DNA of 64,000 bases from Myxococcota bacterium (GTDB taxonomy: Bacteria > Myxococcota_A > Polyangia > Nannocystales > Nannocystaceae). The translations under genes and the position numbers were made by a program. Location: assembly GCA_039028615.1 (NCBI GenBank), contig JBCCHT010000005.1, positions 96,001-160,000 on the forward strand, given 5' to 3'. Positions 18,525-29,850 of the stretch are shown here, piece by piece (positions within the stretch are counted from its first letter, which is position 1; each line of letters starts with the position of its first letter). The notes below the pieces were generated by a model. It was not told the DNA's origin. It did not search any database and saw nothing but the letters and a program-made list of their open reading frames with translations.

Positions 18525-21500
18525 GTCCCAGCAGTGCCGCCCCTCCGTCGCCCGGTGCGCCGGGCGGCACTCCTCCCGCGCCCCCCAAGACGCAGAGCGA
18601 CCCCGCTCGTCGTACGTGGCTCGGGTTCACCACCACCCGCCCCGTCGCGGTCTTGATGGTGTTCCTGGCGGTGATGGTCTTCGGCGGATTTTCGATCCGC
18701 CTGTTGCCCATCAACCTGATGCCGGACATCAGCTATCCCAAGCTGACCGTTCGCACCGAGTTCCCCGGAGCCGCTCCGGCCGAGGTCGAGAACAACGTCT
18801 CGCGTCCCCTCGAGGAGATGCTGGGCGTGGTCACCGGTCTCACCCGCATCGAGAGCATCTCCCGCGCGGGCTATGGCGACGTGGTGCTCGAGTTCGCCTG
18901 GGGCACCGACATGGACGAGGCCGGGCAGGACGTGCTCGAGAAGCTCGATACCGTCCGGCCCAACCTGCCCGACGGCGTCGAGCAGCCGCTGGTGCTGCGC
19001 TACGACCCCACCCTGGATCCGGTGCTCACCCTGACCCTCGGTGGCGAGGGCGAGCGCTTCGAGGGGGTCGACGGTCTCACGCTGCTGCGGCGCATCGCCG
19101 ATCGTGACGTCCGAAGGCTCGTCGAGCCCGTTCCCGGCGTCGCGGCGGTGAAGATCAAAGGCGGCCTCGAAGAGGAAGTCCATGTCGAGCTCGACGAGGG
19201 CAAGCTGCGGCGAACGGGCATTGGGATCGACGTCGTCACCCGGCGGCTCGAAGCCGAGAACATCAACCTGGCCGGCGGCACCATGCGCGACGGCCGGACC
19301 CGCTACCTGGTCCGCACCGTCAACGAGTTTCGCAGCCTGAAGGACATCGGCGAGATCGTCGTCGTGCGTCGCGAGGGCCGGGACATCCGGCTACAGGACA
19401 TCGCCAGCGTCGAGTCCGGCTACAAGGATCGCGAGGTCATCACCCGGGTCGACGGCCAAGAGGCGGTCGAGATCGAGGTCTACAAGGAAGCCGACGCCAA
19501 CATCGTCGAGATGGCACACGCCGTGCGTGACAAGCTCGACGGCAAGGTCGCGCCGCGCCTCGAACGGCAATACGACGCGACCATCACGGTCGCGTCCGAC
19601 CGGTCTCGCTTCATCGAGTCGAGCATTGCCGAGGTCCGGGGCACGGCCATCGGTGGCGGCCTGCTGGCGGTGCTCGTGCTGTTCTTCTTCCTCCGGGACC
19701 TTCGCAGCACCCTGATCGTCGCCATCTCGATCCCGGTCTCCGTGCTCATCACGTTCGCGCCGCTGTCGATCGCGGGCGTCTCCCTCAACATCATGTCGCT
19801 TGGTGGCTTGGCGATGGGGGTCGGCATGTTGGTCGACAACTCCATCGTCGTGCTCGAGTCGATCCATCGCTGTCGGCAAGAAGGCGACGACGTCATCAGC
19901 GCGACCTTGCGCGGGACCCAAGAGGTCGGCTCGGCGGTCTTCGCCTCCACCCTCACCACCATCGCCGTGTTCTTCCCCATGGTCTTCGTCGAGGGCGTGG
20001 CGGGGCAGATGTTCGGCGATCTCGGCCTGGCGGTGGTGTTCAGCCTGCTCGCTTCGCTGGCGGTCGCGCTGTTCCTCATCCCCATGCTCGCCTCCCGCAC
20101 CGGGTTGGCGGTGGGCGATACCTCGGTGGGGGTCATGCGAGGCCTCGGCCGCACCTGGATCCGCTGGGCCTCGGTCGCCGATCTCGTCGAGTACTTCCGC
20201 GGCATCCGTGAGCGCTTCTGGCGGGTGTTCTGGCTGCCCTACGCGCTGTTTCGGTTCTCGCTCCACCTGACGTTCGAGCTCATCGGCAAGGCCATCGTCA
20301 CCGCCTCGGTGCTCGTGCTGGTGGTGGTCCTCGGCATCGGCTGGGGACTGGGCAAGGTGCTGGGTTTGTTCGTGCGGCCGCCGCTGTGGCTGTTCGGCAA
20401 GCTCGTCGATGCACTCCAGCGGGCGTATCCGCCGCTCATTCGCTGGTGCCTGCGCAACCGGATCGTCGTGTACGTGCTGTTCTTGGGCTCGTTCGGGATC
20501 CTGGGGTGGGGGGCGCAGAACCTCGACACCGAGCTCATCCCCGAGCTCCACCAAGGTGAGTTCAGCGTCGACGTTCGAATGCCCGTCGGCACCCCCCTCG
20601 CCCGAACCGACCGTACCGTCGATCCCATCGAGGAGGAGGTCATCGAAAAGGTGCCGCACCTCGAGTCGTTGACGGTCACCGTGGGCAGTGAGCGCGACGA
20701 GGGCGATAGCGCCGATCGGGGAGAGCACACGGCACGCCTGCGGGTCACGCTCGAGGCCAAGGGCGAGGCCGAGTACCGCCTGCCGACCGGAGCGGCCCGG
20801 GCTGCCGCGCAGCAGAGCGAGGGCGAGGCCCTCGAGGCCATGCGCGAGGTCCTGGCCGGCATTCCCGACGTCTCCATCGCCGTGTCGCGACCGGTGCTCT
20901 TTTCGTTCAAGACTCCCGTGGAGATCGAGGTACGAGGGCACGACCTCGACGAGCTGGCCACCTCGACCGAGCTCATCACCGAGCGGCTGCGGCGTATCGA
21001 GGGGCTCCGCGACATCGAGTCTTCGATTCGCCCCGGCAGCCCCGAGGTCCACATCGTCTACGATCGCGATGCGCTGGCGAGGATGAACCTCGACGTGCGC
21101 ACGGTGGCCCAGCGGATCCGCGACGAGGTCCAGGGGGCCGAGGCCACTCGCTATACCCGGGGCGACCGCAAGATTCCCGTGCGCGTGCGCCTGGCCGACG
21201 CCGAGCAGGCCACCGTGGCCGAGCTGCGTCAGCTGGTGATCAACCCCGGCCTCGGTCGGCCCGTGCCGCTGCACGCGGTGGCCGACATCGAGGTCTCCCG
21301 TGGTCCCAACGAGATCCGCCGCATCGGTCAGCAGCGGGTGGGGGTCATCAGCGCCAACATCGAAGGCGTGGCCCTCGGGGCGGTCGCCGAGCGCATCAGC
21401 GCCGCGCTGGCCGAGCTGTCCCTCCCCGACGGGGTCGGCACCGCGGTCACCGGTCAGAGCGAAGAGTGGGAGACCTCGTCGCGGTCGCTGTTCCTCGCGC

Positions 21501-22234
21501 TCGGCCTGTCCATCTTCCTGGTCTACGTGATCATGGCCTCGCAGTTCGAGAGCCTGATCTACCCGCTGCTCATTCTGTTCACCATTCCCCTGGCCCTCGT
21601 GGGGGTCGTGGGGGTGCTGTGGTGGCTGCAGATGCCGATGTCCGTCGTGGTGTTCCTCGGCGGGATCATGCTGGCGGGCATCGTGGTCAACAACGCCATC
21701 GTTTTGGTGGACTACGCCGGGCAGCTCAAGGCGCGGGGCATGAGTACGGCCGAGGCGCTCGAGATGGCCGGTCGGGTACGGTTGCGCCCCATCCTCATGA
21801 CCACCCTGACCACCATGCTCGGGCTGTTGCCCATGGCCATGGGTACGGGCGACGGCGCCGAGATTCGGGCACCGCTGGCCATCACCGTCATCGCCGGGCT
21901 GGGGCTTTCGACTCTGCTCACCCTGGTCGTCATTCCCACGCTGTACGCGGGGATCGATCGACTCAAGGGGGAGAGCTACGTTGGCCCGGACATGGGGCGT
22001 CAGCTGGAGCAGGAACTCGCGGCGATCCGCCCCGAGCAGCTCGCGCCCGAGCTCGGTGACATCGCGGCGGAGCCTGCCGTGGCGTCGGAGGGCGCAAAGG
22101 GCCAGACCCAGGTCGCGCCCTCAGCCGAAGCTGGGGAGGTCGCGGAGTCGGCCACGGCACGGGGGCAGACGGTCGTGGCACCGCCGCCCGAGCCGAACGC
22201 CGCTTCGAGCGACGACACGGAGGAGCCCCAGTGA
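18521..22234 (+). CDS. RND efflux permease (AcrB/MdtB-like) 1
   Basis: RPVAV, GMLVDNSIVVLE, GIVVNNAIVLVD, RLRPILMTT. Confidence 0.96.
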   Translation: MSPSSAAPPSPGAPGGTPPAPPKTQSDPARRTWLGFTTTRPVAVLMVFLAVMVFGGFSIRLLPINLMPDISYPKLTVRTEFPGAAPAEVENNVSRPLEEMLGVVTGLTRIESISRAGYGDVVLEFAWGTDMDEAGQDVLEKLDTVRPNLPDGVEQPLVLRYDPTLDPVLTLTLGGEGERFEGVDGLTLLRRIADRDVRRLVEPVPGVAAVKIKGGLEEEVHVELDEGKLRRTGIGIDVVTRRLEAENINLAGGTMRDGRTRYLVRTVNEFRSLKDIGEIVVVRREGRDIRLQDIASVESGYKDREVITRVDGQEAVEIEVYKEADANIVEMAHAVRDKLDGKVAPRLERQYDATITVASDRSRFIESSIAEVRGTAIGGGLLAVLVLFFFLRDLRSTLIVAISIPVSVLITFAPLSIAGVSLNIMSLGGLAMGVGMLVDNSIVVLESIHRCRQEGDDVISATLRGTQEVGSAVFASTLTTIAVFFPMVFVEGVAGQMFGDLGLAVVFSLLASLAVALFLIPMLASRTGLAVGDTSVGVMRGLGRTWIRWASVADLVEYFRGIRERFWRVFWLPYALFRFSLHLTFELIGKAIVTASVLVLVVVLGIGWGLGKVLGLFVRPPLWLFGKLVDALQRAYPPLIRWCLRNRIVVYVLFLGSFGILGWGAQNLDTELIPELHQGEFSVDVRMPVGTPLARTDRTVDPIEEEVIEKVPHLESLTVTVGSERDEGDSADRGEHTARLRVTLEAKGEAEYRLPTGAARAAAQQSEGEALEAMREVLAGIPDVSIAVSRPVLFSFKTPVEIEVRGHDLDELATSTELITERLRRIEGLRDIESSIRPGSPEVHIVYDRDALARMNLDVRTVAQRIRDEVQGAEATRYTRGDRKIPVRVRLADAEQATVAELRQLVINPGLGRPVPLHAVADIEVSRGPNEIRRIGQQRVGVISANIEGVALGAVAERISAALAELSLPDGVGTAVTGQSEEWETSSRSLFLALGLSIFLVYVIMASQFESLIYPLLILFTIPLALVGVVGVLWWLQMPMSVVVFLGGIMLAGIVVNNAIVLVDYAGQLKARGMSTAEALEMAGRVRLRPILMTTLTTMLGLLPMAMGTGDGAEIRAPLAITVIAGLGLSTLLTLVVIPTLYAGIDRLKGESYVGPDMGRQLEQELAAIRPEQLAPELGDIAAEPAVASEGAKGQTQVAPSAEAGEVAESATARGQTVVAPPPEPNAASSDDTEEPQ

Positions 22235-25200
22235 CCCCCGGAATCTCCGACTCCGGGATCGTCCGCCTGTCGCTGCGGCGGCCGATCACCATGATGATGG
22301 TGCTGCTGTCGGCCATCGTCTTGGGGTTCGTGGCGCTGGCTCGGATTCCCCTCGAGCTGATCCCGTCGGGCTTTTCTCCGCCTTTCATGAGCATCTCGGT
22401 CCCGTACCCCGACGCGACCGCAAAGGATGTCGAAGAGAAGATCACTCGGCCGCTCGAGACCGCGGTCGCGACGACCCCGGGCATCGACGTCATCTCCAGC
22501 TCGTCGCGGGCGGGTAGCGCCAGCATCACGATGCTCTTCGCGGCCGAGACGGACATGGACGTCGCGTATCGTCAGGTCCGGGACCGGGTCTCTCGGGTGC
22601 GGCCCGACCTGCCCAATGACGTCTCCCGGGTCGACATTCGCAAGGAGTCGGGGGCGGCGTTGCCCGTGGCCTTCTATGCCGTGGTCTGGGACGAGCAGGT
22701 CGCCGATCCGGCCACGATCATCGAGCGACGCATCGCGCGACCTCTCGAGCGCATCGACGGGGTCGGGGTGGTCAACGTCTGGGGCAACGCAAAGCCGGAG
22801 GTCTTCGTCGAGGTCGACCGGGCCCTGGCCGAGGCGGCGGGCATTCAGATCGTCGACCTGGTGCAGCGGCTGGGTCAGGCGAATTTCACCATGGCCAGCG
22901 GCTCGGTCATCGACCGTGACGGCAAGTATCTGCTGCGATCGCTGGCCTCGTTCGACGAAGTCGAGCAGATGTCCGATCTCGTGGTCAACGACGCGGGGAT
23001 GCGCCTGCGCGAGATCGCGACCGTCGAACTGAGGGCGCCCGACAAAGAACGCTTCGATCGATACAACGGCCAGCCTTCGTTGGTGCTGGCCGTGGTCAAG
23101 GAGTCGCAGGCCAATACCGTCGAAGTCAGCGACGCGATCAAGGCCGCGGTCGACGAGGCGGTTCTCCATCCCGATCTCAAGCAGTTCACGGTCGAGAAGA
23201 TCTTCGTCCAGGGAGACACGATCCGGTTCTCGCTCGATCAGGTGATGAGCTCGGGACGCCAGGGCGGGTTGCTGGCCATCTTCGTCCTGCTGTTCTTCCT
23301 GCGACGGCTGCGGCTGACTCTCATCATTTCGCTCGCCATTCCGCTATCGCTGTTCCTGTCGCTCCCGGTGATGTACTTCACCGGTCAGACCATCAACCTG
23401 GTCTCGCTGATCGGCCTGATGATCTGCATCGGCCTGGTGGTCGACAACTCGGTGGTGGTCGCGGAGAACATCGCTCGGTTCCGTCGGCGCGGCCTGGGGC
23501 CCTATGCCGCGGCGCTTCAGGGAACCGGCGAGGTCGCCATGGCCATCACCTTGGCCACGATGACCACCATCGTCGTGTTCCTGCCGGCGGCGCTGCTGTC
23601 CCAGGGCCCGACCCAGTTCTTCATGGTGCGCATGGTGACACCCGTGTGCGTGTCGCTGGTCGCCAGCCTCTTCGTGGCCGTCGTCCTGGTGCCGCTGGCC
23701 ACCGTCACCGGACTGGGTGGCGGGACGGTCAGCATTCGAAGCCGTGATGGCTTCGGCGGCCTCATGCAGCGCGCCGATGTGCTGTGGAAGGCGATTCTCG
23801 AGCGGATCTACGAAGCGACGGTCGGACGGATCAATCGCGGCTACGCCCGCCTACTGCGGCGGGCGCTACGACGCCGCATGGACGTCGTGATCATCGCCCT
23901 CTTTGCGCTGGCCTCGATGACGATCCCCGCCATGCACGTCCGGTGCGTGAACGGGGACGACTTCGGCACGCGCCGGGTGACCGTGCGCTACCAGATGCCC
24001 TCGGACACCACCCTCGAGGAAGCCGAGGAGTTCTTCGACAACATCGAGGCGCTGCTCGCAGAGGAGGCGGACAGCCTCTACATGGCGGGCGAGTACACCG
24101 GGTTCTCCGCCGAGCGGGGGGAGGTGCAGGTGTTCTTCCTCGAGCCCGAGCCGGGCCAGCCCTCGTTCGACGAGATGGCGCGGGCGGTGGTCGATCGCTT
24201 GCCCGAGCGCCCCGGCTGGCGCAAGACCTCGGAGCTCGCCGCCAGCGATGGCGCTCGCGACGACAGCTTCCGGGTGGCGGTCTACGGCAGCGATCACGAT
24301 CGCGTCCAGGACGCGACCGAAGACCTGCAAAACGCCTTGCTACGCGTCGAGGGGGTGTTGGGTGTTCACGACAGCGGCCGAGACGACCGTCGTCGCGACG
24401 AAATCTCCTTGGCGGTCTCGCGCGACATGTCCGAGCGCTTCGGCGTTCCGGCCAACACCGTCGCCAACACCGTCGCATACACGATTCGCGGCGCGCCCCT
24501 GCCTCGCTTTCACACGGACGAGCGCGAGGTCGATGTCCGGCTGCGCTATCGCAAGTCCGATCGCGAGGATGTCCGAGATCTCATGCGTTTCCCGGTCACC
24601 ACGGGGACGGGGGAGTCGGTGCCGCTCCAGGTGCTCGCCGAGCGCCGCGTGACCCGGGGCGAGACCAGCCTCAAACGCTACAACAAGCGGGTCAGCGGGG
24701 TCGTGCGTCTCGATCTCGAGCCCGACGGGCGGCCCGAGACCATCGCTCGGCTGCGCAAGGTCCTTCGGGGCTACCAGCTGCCCGAGGGCCTGAGCTTCGA
24801 CGCCGACACGGACCGACGGCGGCTCGATGAAATGCAGCAGGACCTCGCGGGAGCGCTGGGCTTGGGCACCATCTTCATCCTGCTGCTGATGGGCTTCTTG
24901 TTCGAGTCCTTCGTGCTGCCCCTGTCGGTGCTTCCCTCGATCCCGCTGTCCTTCGTCGGTGTCTACTGGTTCCTGTACGCCACCGACGAGAACATCGACG
25001 CGCTCGCGGGCATCGGCATGGTCCTGCTCATCGGCGTCGTGGTGAACAACGCCATCGTCTTGGTCGACTTCATCAACGGCGCGCGCAAGCAGGGCCTCGA
25101 CCGACTCGAGGCCGTGGTCCAGGCCGGGCGCCTGCGCTTCCGCCCGATCATGATGACCGCGCTGACGACCGTGGGCGGCATGCTGCCGCTCGCGTTCTCC

Positions 25201-25377
25201 GAGCCGACCGGCGAGGGCATACCCTATGGCCCCTTCGGCAAGACGCTCGTGGGCGGCATGATCACCTCCACGGTCTTGACCCTCCTCGTCGTGCCCGTGA
25301 TGTACACGCTGCTCGACGACCTGCGTCAGACCGGCCTGACCTGGTGGTCTCGGCTGCGCCGCATGGGCCGTCGCTGA
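22231..25377 (+). CDS. RND efflux permease (AcrB/MdtC-like) 2
   Basis: GTGA overlap; GLVVDNSVVVAEN, GVVVNNAIVLVD, RFRPIMMTA. Confidence 0.96.
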   Translation: MTPGISDSGIVRLSLRRPITMMMVLLSAIVLGFVALARIPLELIPSGFSPPFMSISVPYPDATAKDVEEKITRPLETAVATTPGIDVISSSSRAGSASITMLFAAETDMDVAYRQVRDRVSRVRPDLPNDVSRVDIRKESGAALPVAFYAVVWDEQVADPATIIERRIARPLERIDGVGVVNVWGNAKPEVFVEVDRALAEAAGIQIVDLVQRLGQANFTMASGSVIDRDGKYLLRSLASFDEVEQMSDLVVNDAGMRLREIATVELRAPDKERFDRYNGQPSLVLAVVKESQANTVEVSDAIKAAVDEAVLHPDLKQFTVEKIFVQGDTIRFSLDQVMSSGRQGGLLAIFVLLFFLRRLRLTLIISLAIPLSLFLSLPVMYFTGQTINLVSLIGLMICIGLVVDNSVVVAENIARFRRRGLGPYAAALQGTGEVAMAITLATMTTIVVFLPAALLSQGPTQFFMVRMVTPVCVSLVASLFVAVVLVPLATVTGLGGGTVSIRSRDGFGGLMQRADVLWKAILERIYEATVGRINRGYARLLRRALRRRMDVVIIALFALASMTIPAMHVRCVNGDDFGTRRVTVRYQMPSDTTLEEAEEFFDNIEALLAEEADSLYMAGEYTGFSAERGEVQVFFLEPEPGQPSFDEMARAVVDRLPERPGWRKTSELAASDGARDDSFRVAVYGSDHDRVQDATEDLQNALLRVEGVLGVHDSGRDDRRRDEISLAVSRDMSERFGVPANTVANTVAYTIRGAPLPRFHTDEREVDVRLRYRKSDREDVRDLMRFPVTTGTGESVPLQVLAERRVTRGETSLKRYNKRVSGVVRLDLEPDGRPETIARLRKVLRGYQLPEGLSFDADTDRRRLDEMQQDLAGALGLGTIFILLLMGFLFESFVLPLSVLPSIPLSFVGVYWFLYATDENIDALAGIGMVLLIGVVVNNAIVLVDFINGARKQGLDRLEAVVQAGRLRFRPIMMTALTTVGGMLPLAFSEPTGEGIPYGPFGKTLVGGMITSTVLTLLVVPVMYTLLDDLRQTGLTWWSRLRRMGRR

Positions 25378-25491
25378 GCTCCGCGCGGCTCCGCCCGCCC
25401 GAGGGGGCGAGGGCTGGGGCCGTGGTTCGATCGCGGCGTGGGCTTCGGCGGTGGTCCCACCGGGGTGCGGTCGAGTGCGGGATGCGGGATA

Positions 25492-26727
<1,236 letters not shown>

Positions 26728-26842
26728 GTTCGCGCCTCGACCCGGCGGAACCGTCGCCAACGGGTCGTACGTGTCCTGGTAACATTCTTCGTCGACACTG
26801 AGCCTCGAGTCGGTGGCGGTTCGGGAGGGCGGAGGGGCATCG

Positions 26843-28018
26843 ATGCAGTTTGCGGACGTTCTCAAGACCATCTTCGAGAAGATCGCCGGGTTCTTCGATG
26901 TCTTCGACTTGTCGTTCTTCGTGGCGGGCAGCATTGCTCTGGCTGCCCTGACCATGGAGGTGCACCTACTCGAGCGGGCCGACTACGCCGAGACCAAGGA
27001 CAAGTACGAGCGCGAGCAGAGACTGCGCCTCTCGGCCTACCACGACGCCGAAGGCAAGAAGACCGCTCTACAGAACGGCATCGCTGCTCTCAAGGTCGAG
27101 CGCGCCGAGCTTCAGAAATCATGGGAGACGCGGGCGGACGCCCTGGTGACGGCCAAGGAGGACGATCGTGCTCGCCTCGAACGTGCGGTCGTTCTCACTC
27201 GAATGGACCTCGAGCGGACTCGAGGGCGAATCCGTGACCACGAAGAGCGTCTCATCGTTGCGACGAGCCTCGCCGCCAGGAAAAAGGCCATCAGTGAGAT
27301 CGAACGCGAGACGCCTGTGCCGATCGTCGAGCGCTTTGTGCTCGACGCGAACCTCTTGCTGCTGGTGGTGGGAGTCTATGTCGCCGGCCTGATTTGTTTC
27401 GCGGTCGGGCGCAGGATTCGTGCGATCCCGGAGCGCTTCGAAAAGACCTGGCTGTTGAAGAGAGCCTACCGAGAACCGAGGGCGCAGCGTCTCGAGAATA
27501 CGCTGAACACCTCCATCGAATCCCATGGCTTGCAGGACGTGAGCGTGTTGGATCCGTACCTCAGAGAGTCGGGCGACGAGGACAAGAACAACGAGGCCGG
27601 AGCACCACGGAAGATCGGGTCTCCGAATCACGCATCGGCGCTCTACGGTCGCCTCTGGGTGCTTCTGCGGGAATCCAAGTCCAAGGAATCCTACGCGTTG
27701 GTCCGACGGTACTGGGTTCTGGCCGCGACCTACGACGGTGTGGCAACCGCATTGTTGTTTTGGTGTGCCGTCCTCGGACTTTGGATCCTGGGCGTCGGTA
27801 CGGGCCGGCCTCCATTCGGCGTCATTCTGGCGTTGGCGGGCGTCATACTCGTGCTCTTCGTCGTCAGTATTCTTTGCTACTCCGAAGCGCAGAAGTTCAA
27901 CGACACGCAGGCCTACGAGCTGATGCACACGCTCGCGCATGTTCGGGAACCGAGCACCACTCCGGCGCCGGCATCCCCCGCTGGACCCGCTGGCGCGACT
28001 CCTTCTCCCCCGTCGTGA
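26843..28018 (+). CDS. Hypothetical membrane protein with coiled coil
   Basis: GGAGG RBS; TM, ~110-aa charged helical region, TM, soluble part, 2 TM; atypical codon usage. Confidence 0.75.
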   Translation: MQFADVLKTIFEKIAGFFDVFDLSFFVAGSIALAALTMEVHLLERADYAETKDKYEREQRLRLSAYHDAEGKKTALQNGIAALKVERAELQKSWETRADALVTAKEDDRARLERAVVLTRMDLERTRGRIRDHEERLIVATSLAARKKAISEIERETPVPIVERFVLDANLLLLVVGVYVAGLICFAVGRRIRAIPERFEKTWLLKRAYREPRAQRLENTLNTSIESHGLQDVSVLDPYLRESGDEDKNNEAGAPRKIGSPNHASALYGRLWVLLRESKSKESYALVRRYWVLAATYDGVATALLFWCAVLGLWILGVGTGRPPFGVILALAGVILVLFVVSILCYSEAQKFNDTQAYELMHTLAHVREPSTTPAPASPAGPAGATPSPPS

Positions 28019-28035
28019 ACGCCTGACCTCCTGCC

Positions 28036-28920
28036 TCAGAAGGTCAGCCCGGTCAGCTTCGTGCACTCACCACTCGAGATCCACTCATCCAGGTGCTTCG
28101 CCCGCATGATCGGAAACGGATGCGTGCGAAAGGCCGTGAGCCACACCTTGTAGACCTTGTTCAGCGTCGAATCATCCGCATCGTCATAGCTACGAATCTG
28201 ACGCATGAACTCGTCCGCATTCATCTCCGAGAACAAGGCCTCGGACCCGCCCGCGAGCTTCATGAAGGTCCGAATGGCGACGTCCTCGTCCTGGGAGCAG
28301 AGCAGGGCGGCCCGGTCGGCGGACAGCTCGGCTTTGCGGTACCAGTCGAGCAAGGGGAGGGCGAGGCCGGTACCGAGCAAGGAGCCGACGCCGAGGGTGG
28401 CGCGGCCGATGATGTCGATGACGACGCGGATGTTCTCGGCGAGCACGGTGTAGAGCACGTGGCCGCACTTGATGTGGCCGAGCTCGTGGCCGATGACGAA
28501 GAGGCGCTCTTGCTCGTCGAGCAGGTCGATGAGACCGGAGGTCAGAACGATGAAGGGACGCGTGTGCCCGTAGGTATAGGCGTTGGGCACCGGATCCATG
28601 TTGACGTACATCTCGGGCTCTTCGACGCCGAGGATCTTGCAGCCCCACTTCAGGTACCGGTACAGGCGGGGGAACATGTTGTCGGTGACCCGCACGTTGT
28701 CGGCGGTGTTCTCGAGGTAGAAGATGCGCTCGAGCCCGTACTCCATGATCTTGCGGGTGGCGAGCTCGAAGCCGGGAACCTTGCCCAGGCCCCGGGTGGC
28801 CTTGAGGTCCCACGGGTGCATGAGCTGATCGGTGTCGAGGTTCGGGAAAGTCCGAAGCTTGCGGCGCCGGGTGGCGTCCTCGGGGGCTCCGTCGTCGGAG
28901 GTGGGGTCGTCGGTGCTCAT
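28036..28920 (-). CDS. M48 family zinc metallopeptidase
   Basis: PNAYTYG, GHELGH, AELSADRA, THPF..R. Confidence 0.93.
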   Translation of the reverse strand: MSTDDPTSDDGAPEDATRRRKLRTFPNLDTDQLMHPWDLKATRGLGKVPGFELATRKIMEYGLERIFYLENTADNVRVTDNMFPRLYRYLKWGCKILGVEEPEMYVNMDPVPNAYTYGHTRPFIVLTSGLIDLLDEQERLFVIGHELGHIKCGHVLYTVLAENIRVVIDIIGRATLGVGSLLGTGLALPLLDWYRKAELSADRAALLCSQDEDVAIRTFMKLAGGSEALFSEMNADEFMRQIRSYDDADDSTLNKVYKVWLTAFRTHPFPIMRAKHLDEWISSGECTKLTGLTF

Positions 28921-29786
28921 TGTGCGGGCTTGCGGCGGTGTTCCTTGGCGATCGCGTCGGTGATGCGATCGTAGAGGTCCTGGCGCATCGGCGGCGTGAT
29001 CATGTGCCCCACGCCGTCGTAGGTATGGAGCGTGACGTCGAAGCCCCGCTCGACGAGAGTGTCGACGGCGAGCTTGGTGGGCTCATAGGCGACGGCGCGG
29101 TCGGTGGTTCCGTGCAAGGCGTGGATGGAGGGATAATCGACGCCGTCGGCCCTTTTTTCGGGGACCAGGGGCGGGGGCAGCCATCCTCCGACGGCGACTG
29201 CTTGGCCGACGAGGTCCGGGTGCTTCACGGCCAAGGTGAAGGTCAGCATGCCGCCCTGAGAGAAGCCGGTGACGACGGGCTTGCCTACGGTCGGCCGCTC
29301 CTTGCGGAGGTCCTCGATGCCGGCGGCGATGCGGTCGGCCGCGGTGGCGATGCCCTCGGACAGCGCCTCGACGTCGGGGTCGCGTGCGCGGATGGGGAAC
29401 CACGACCAGCCGCCGCCTTCGGTGGCATCGAGGCCCCGCGGCAAGATCAGACGCGCGGGCTCGGGGAAGGTGGCCAGCAGGTGCCGGAAGTTGTCAGGGG
29501 TGTCGCCGAGACCGTGGATGGCCACGATCATCGGAAGGGGGTCGTTGGGCTCGGCCGTGCCCAGCAAGACCTCGCGGTAGGCCAGGCCCGCCGCGGTGGA
29601 CCATGGAGGCTCGGTGGGGGCGGCGGGCTCGTTCGCCCCCGCGGGCGGGTTGGCGGCGGGTGATGCCTCGGCCTTGGCGGGGGCGGCGGGGTTCTTGGCC
29701 GGGGCCTTGCCGGCGGGCGGCGTCGAGACTTCGCACGCCAGCACGGCCAGCGCCAACAGGCCCCCTACGATGCGCGACATCGGCAT
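28917..29786 (-). CDS. Phospholipase/carboxylesterase (alpha/beta hydrolase) lipoprotein
   Basis: AVLAC lipobox, IHGLG, GFSQGG, HGTTD, GVGH. Confidence 0.9.
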   Translation of the reverse strand: MPMSRIVGGLLALAVLACEVSTPPAGKAPAKNPAAPAKAEASPAANPPAGANEPAAPTEPPWSTAAGLAYREVLLGTAEPNDPLPMIVAIHGLGDTPDNFRHLLATFPEPARLILPRGLDATEGGGWSWFPIRARDPDVEALSEGIATAADRIAAGIEDLRKERPTVGKPVVTGFSQGGMLTFTLAVKHPDLVGQAVAVGGWLPPPLVPEKRADGVDYPSIHALHGTTDRAVAYEPTKLAVDTLVERGFDVTLHTYDGVGHMITPPMRQDLYDRITDAIAKEHRRKPAQ

Positions 29787-29850
29787 GGGGCGAGGGTGGC
29801 ACGGGGGGCTTGGGGCCTACAAGCACAGGCCGGGGCCGCGCGCCCGCGGC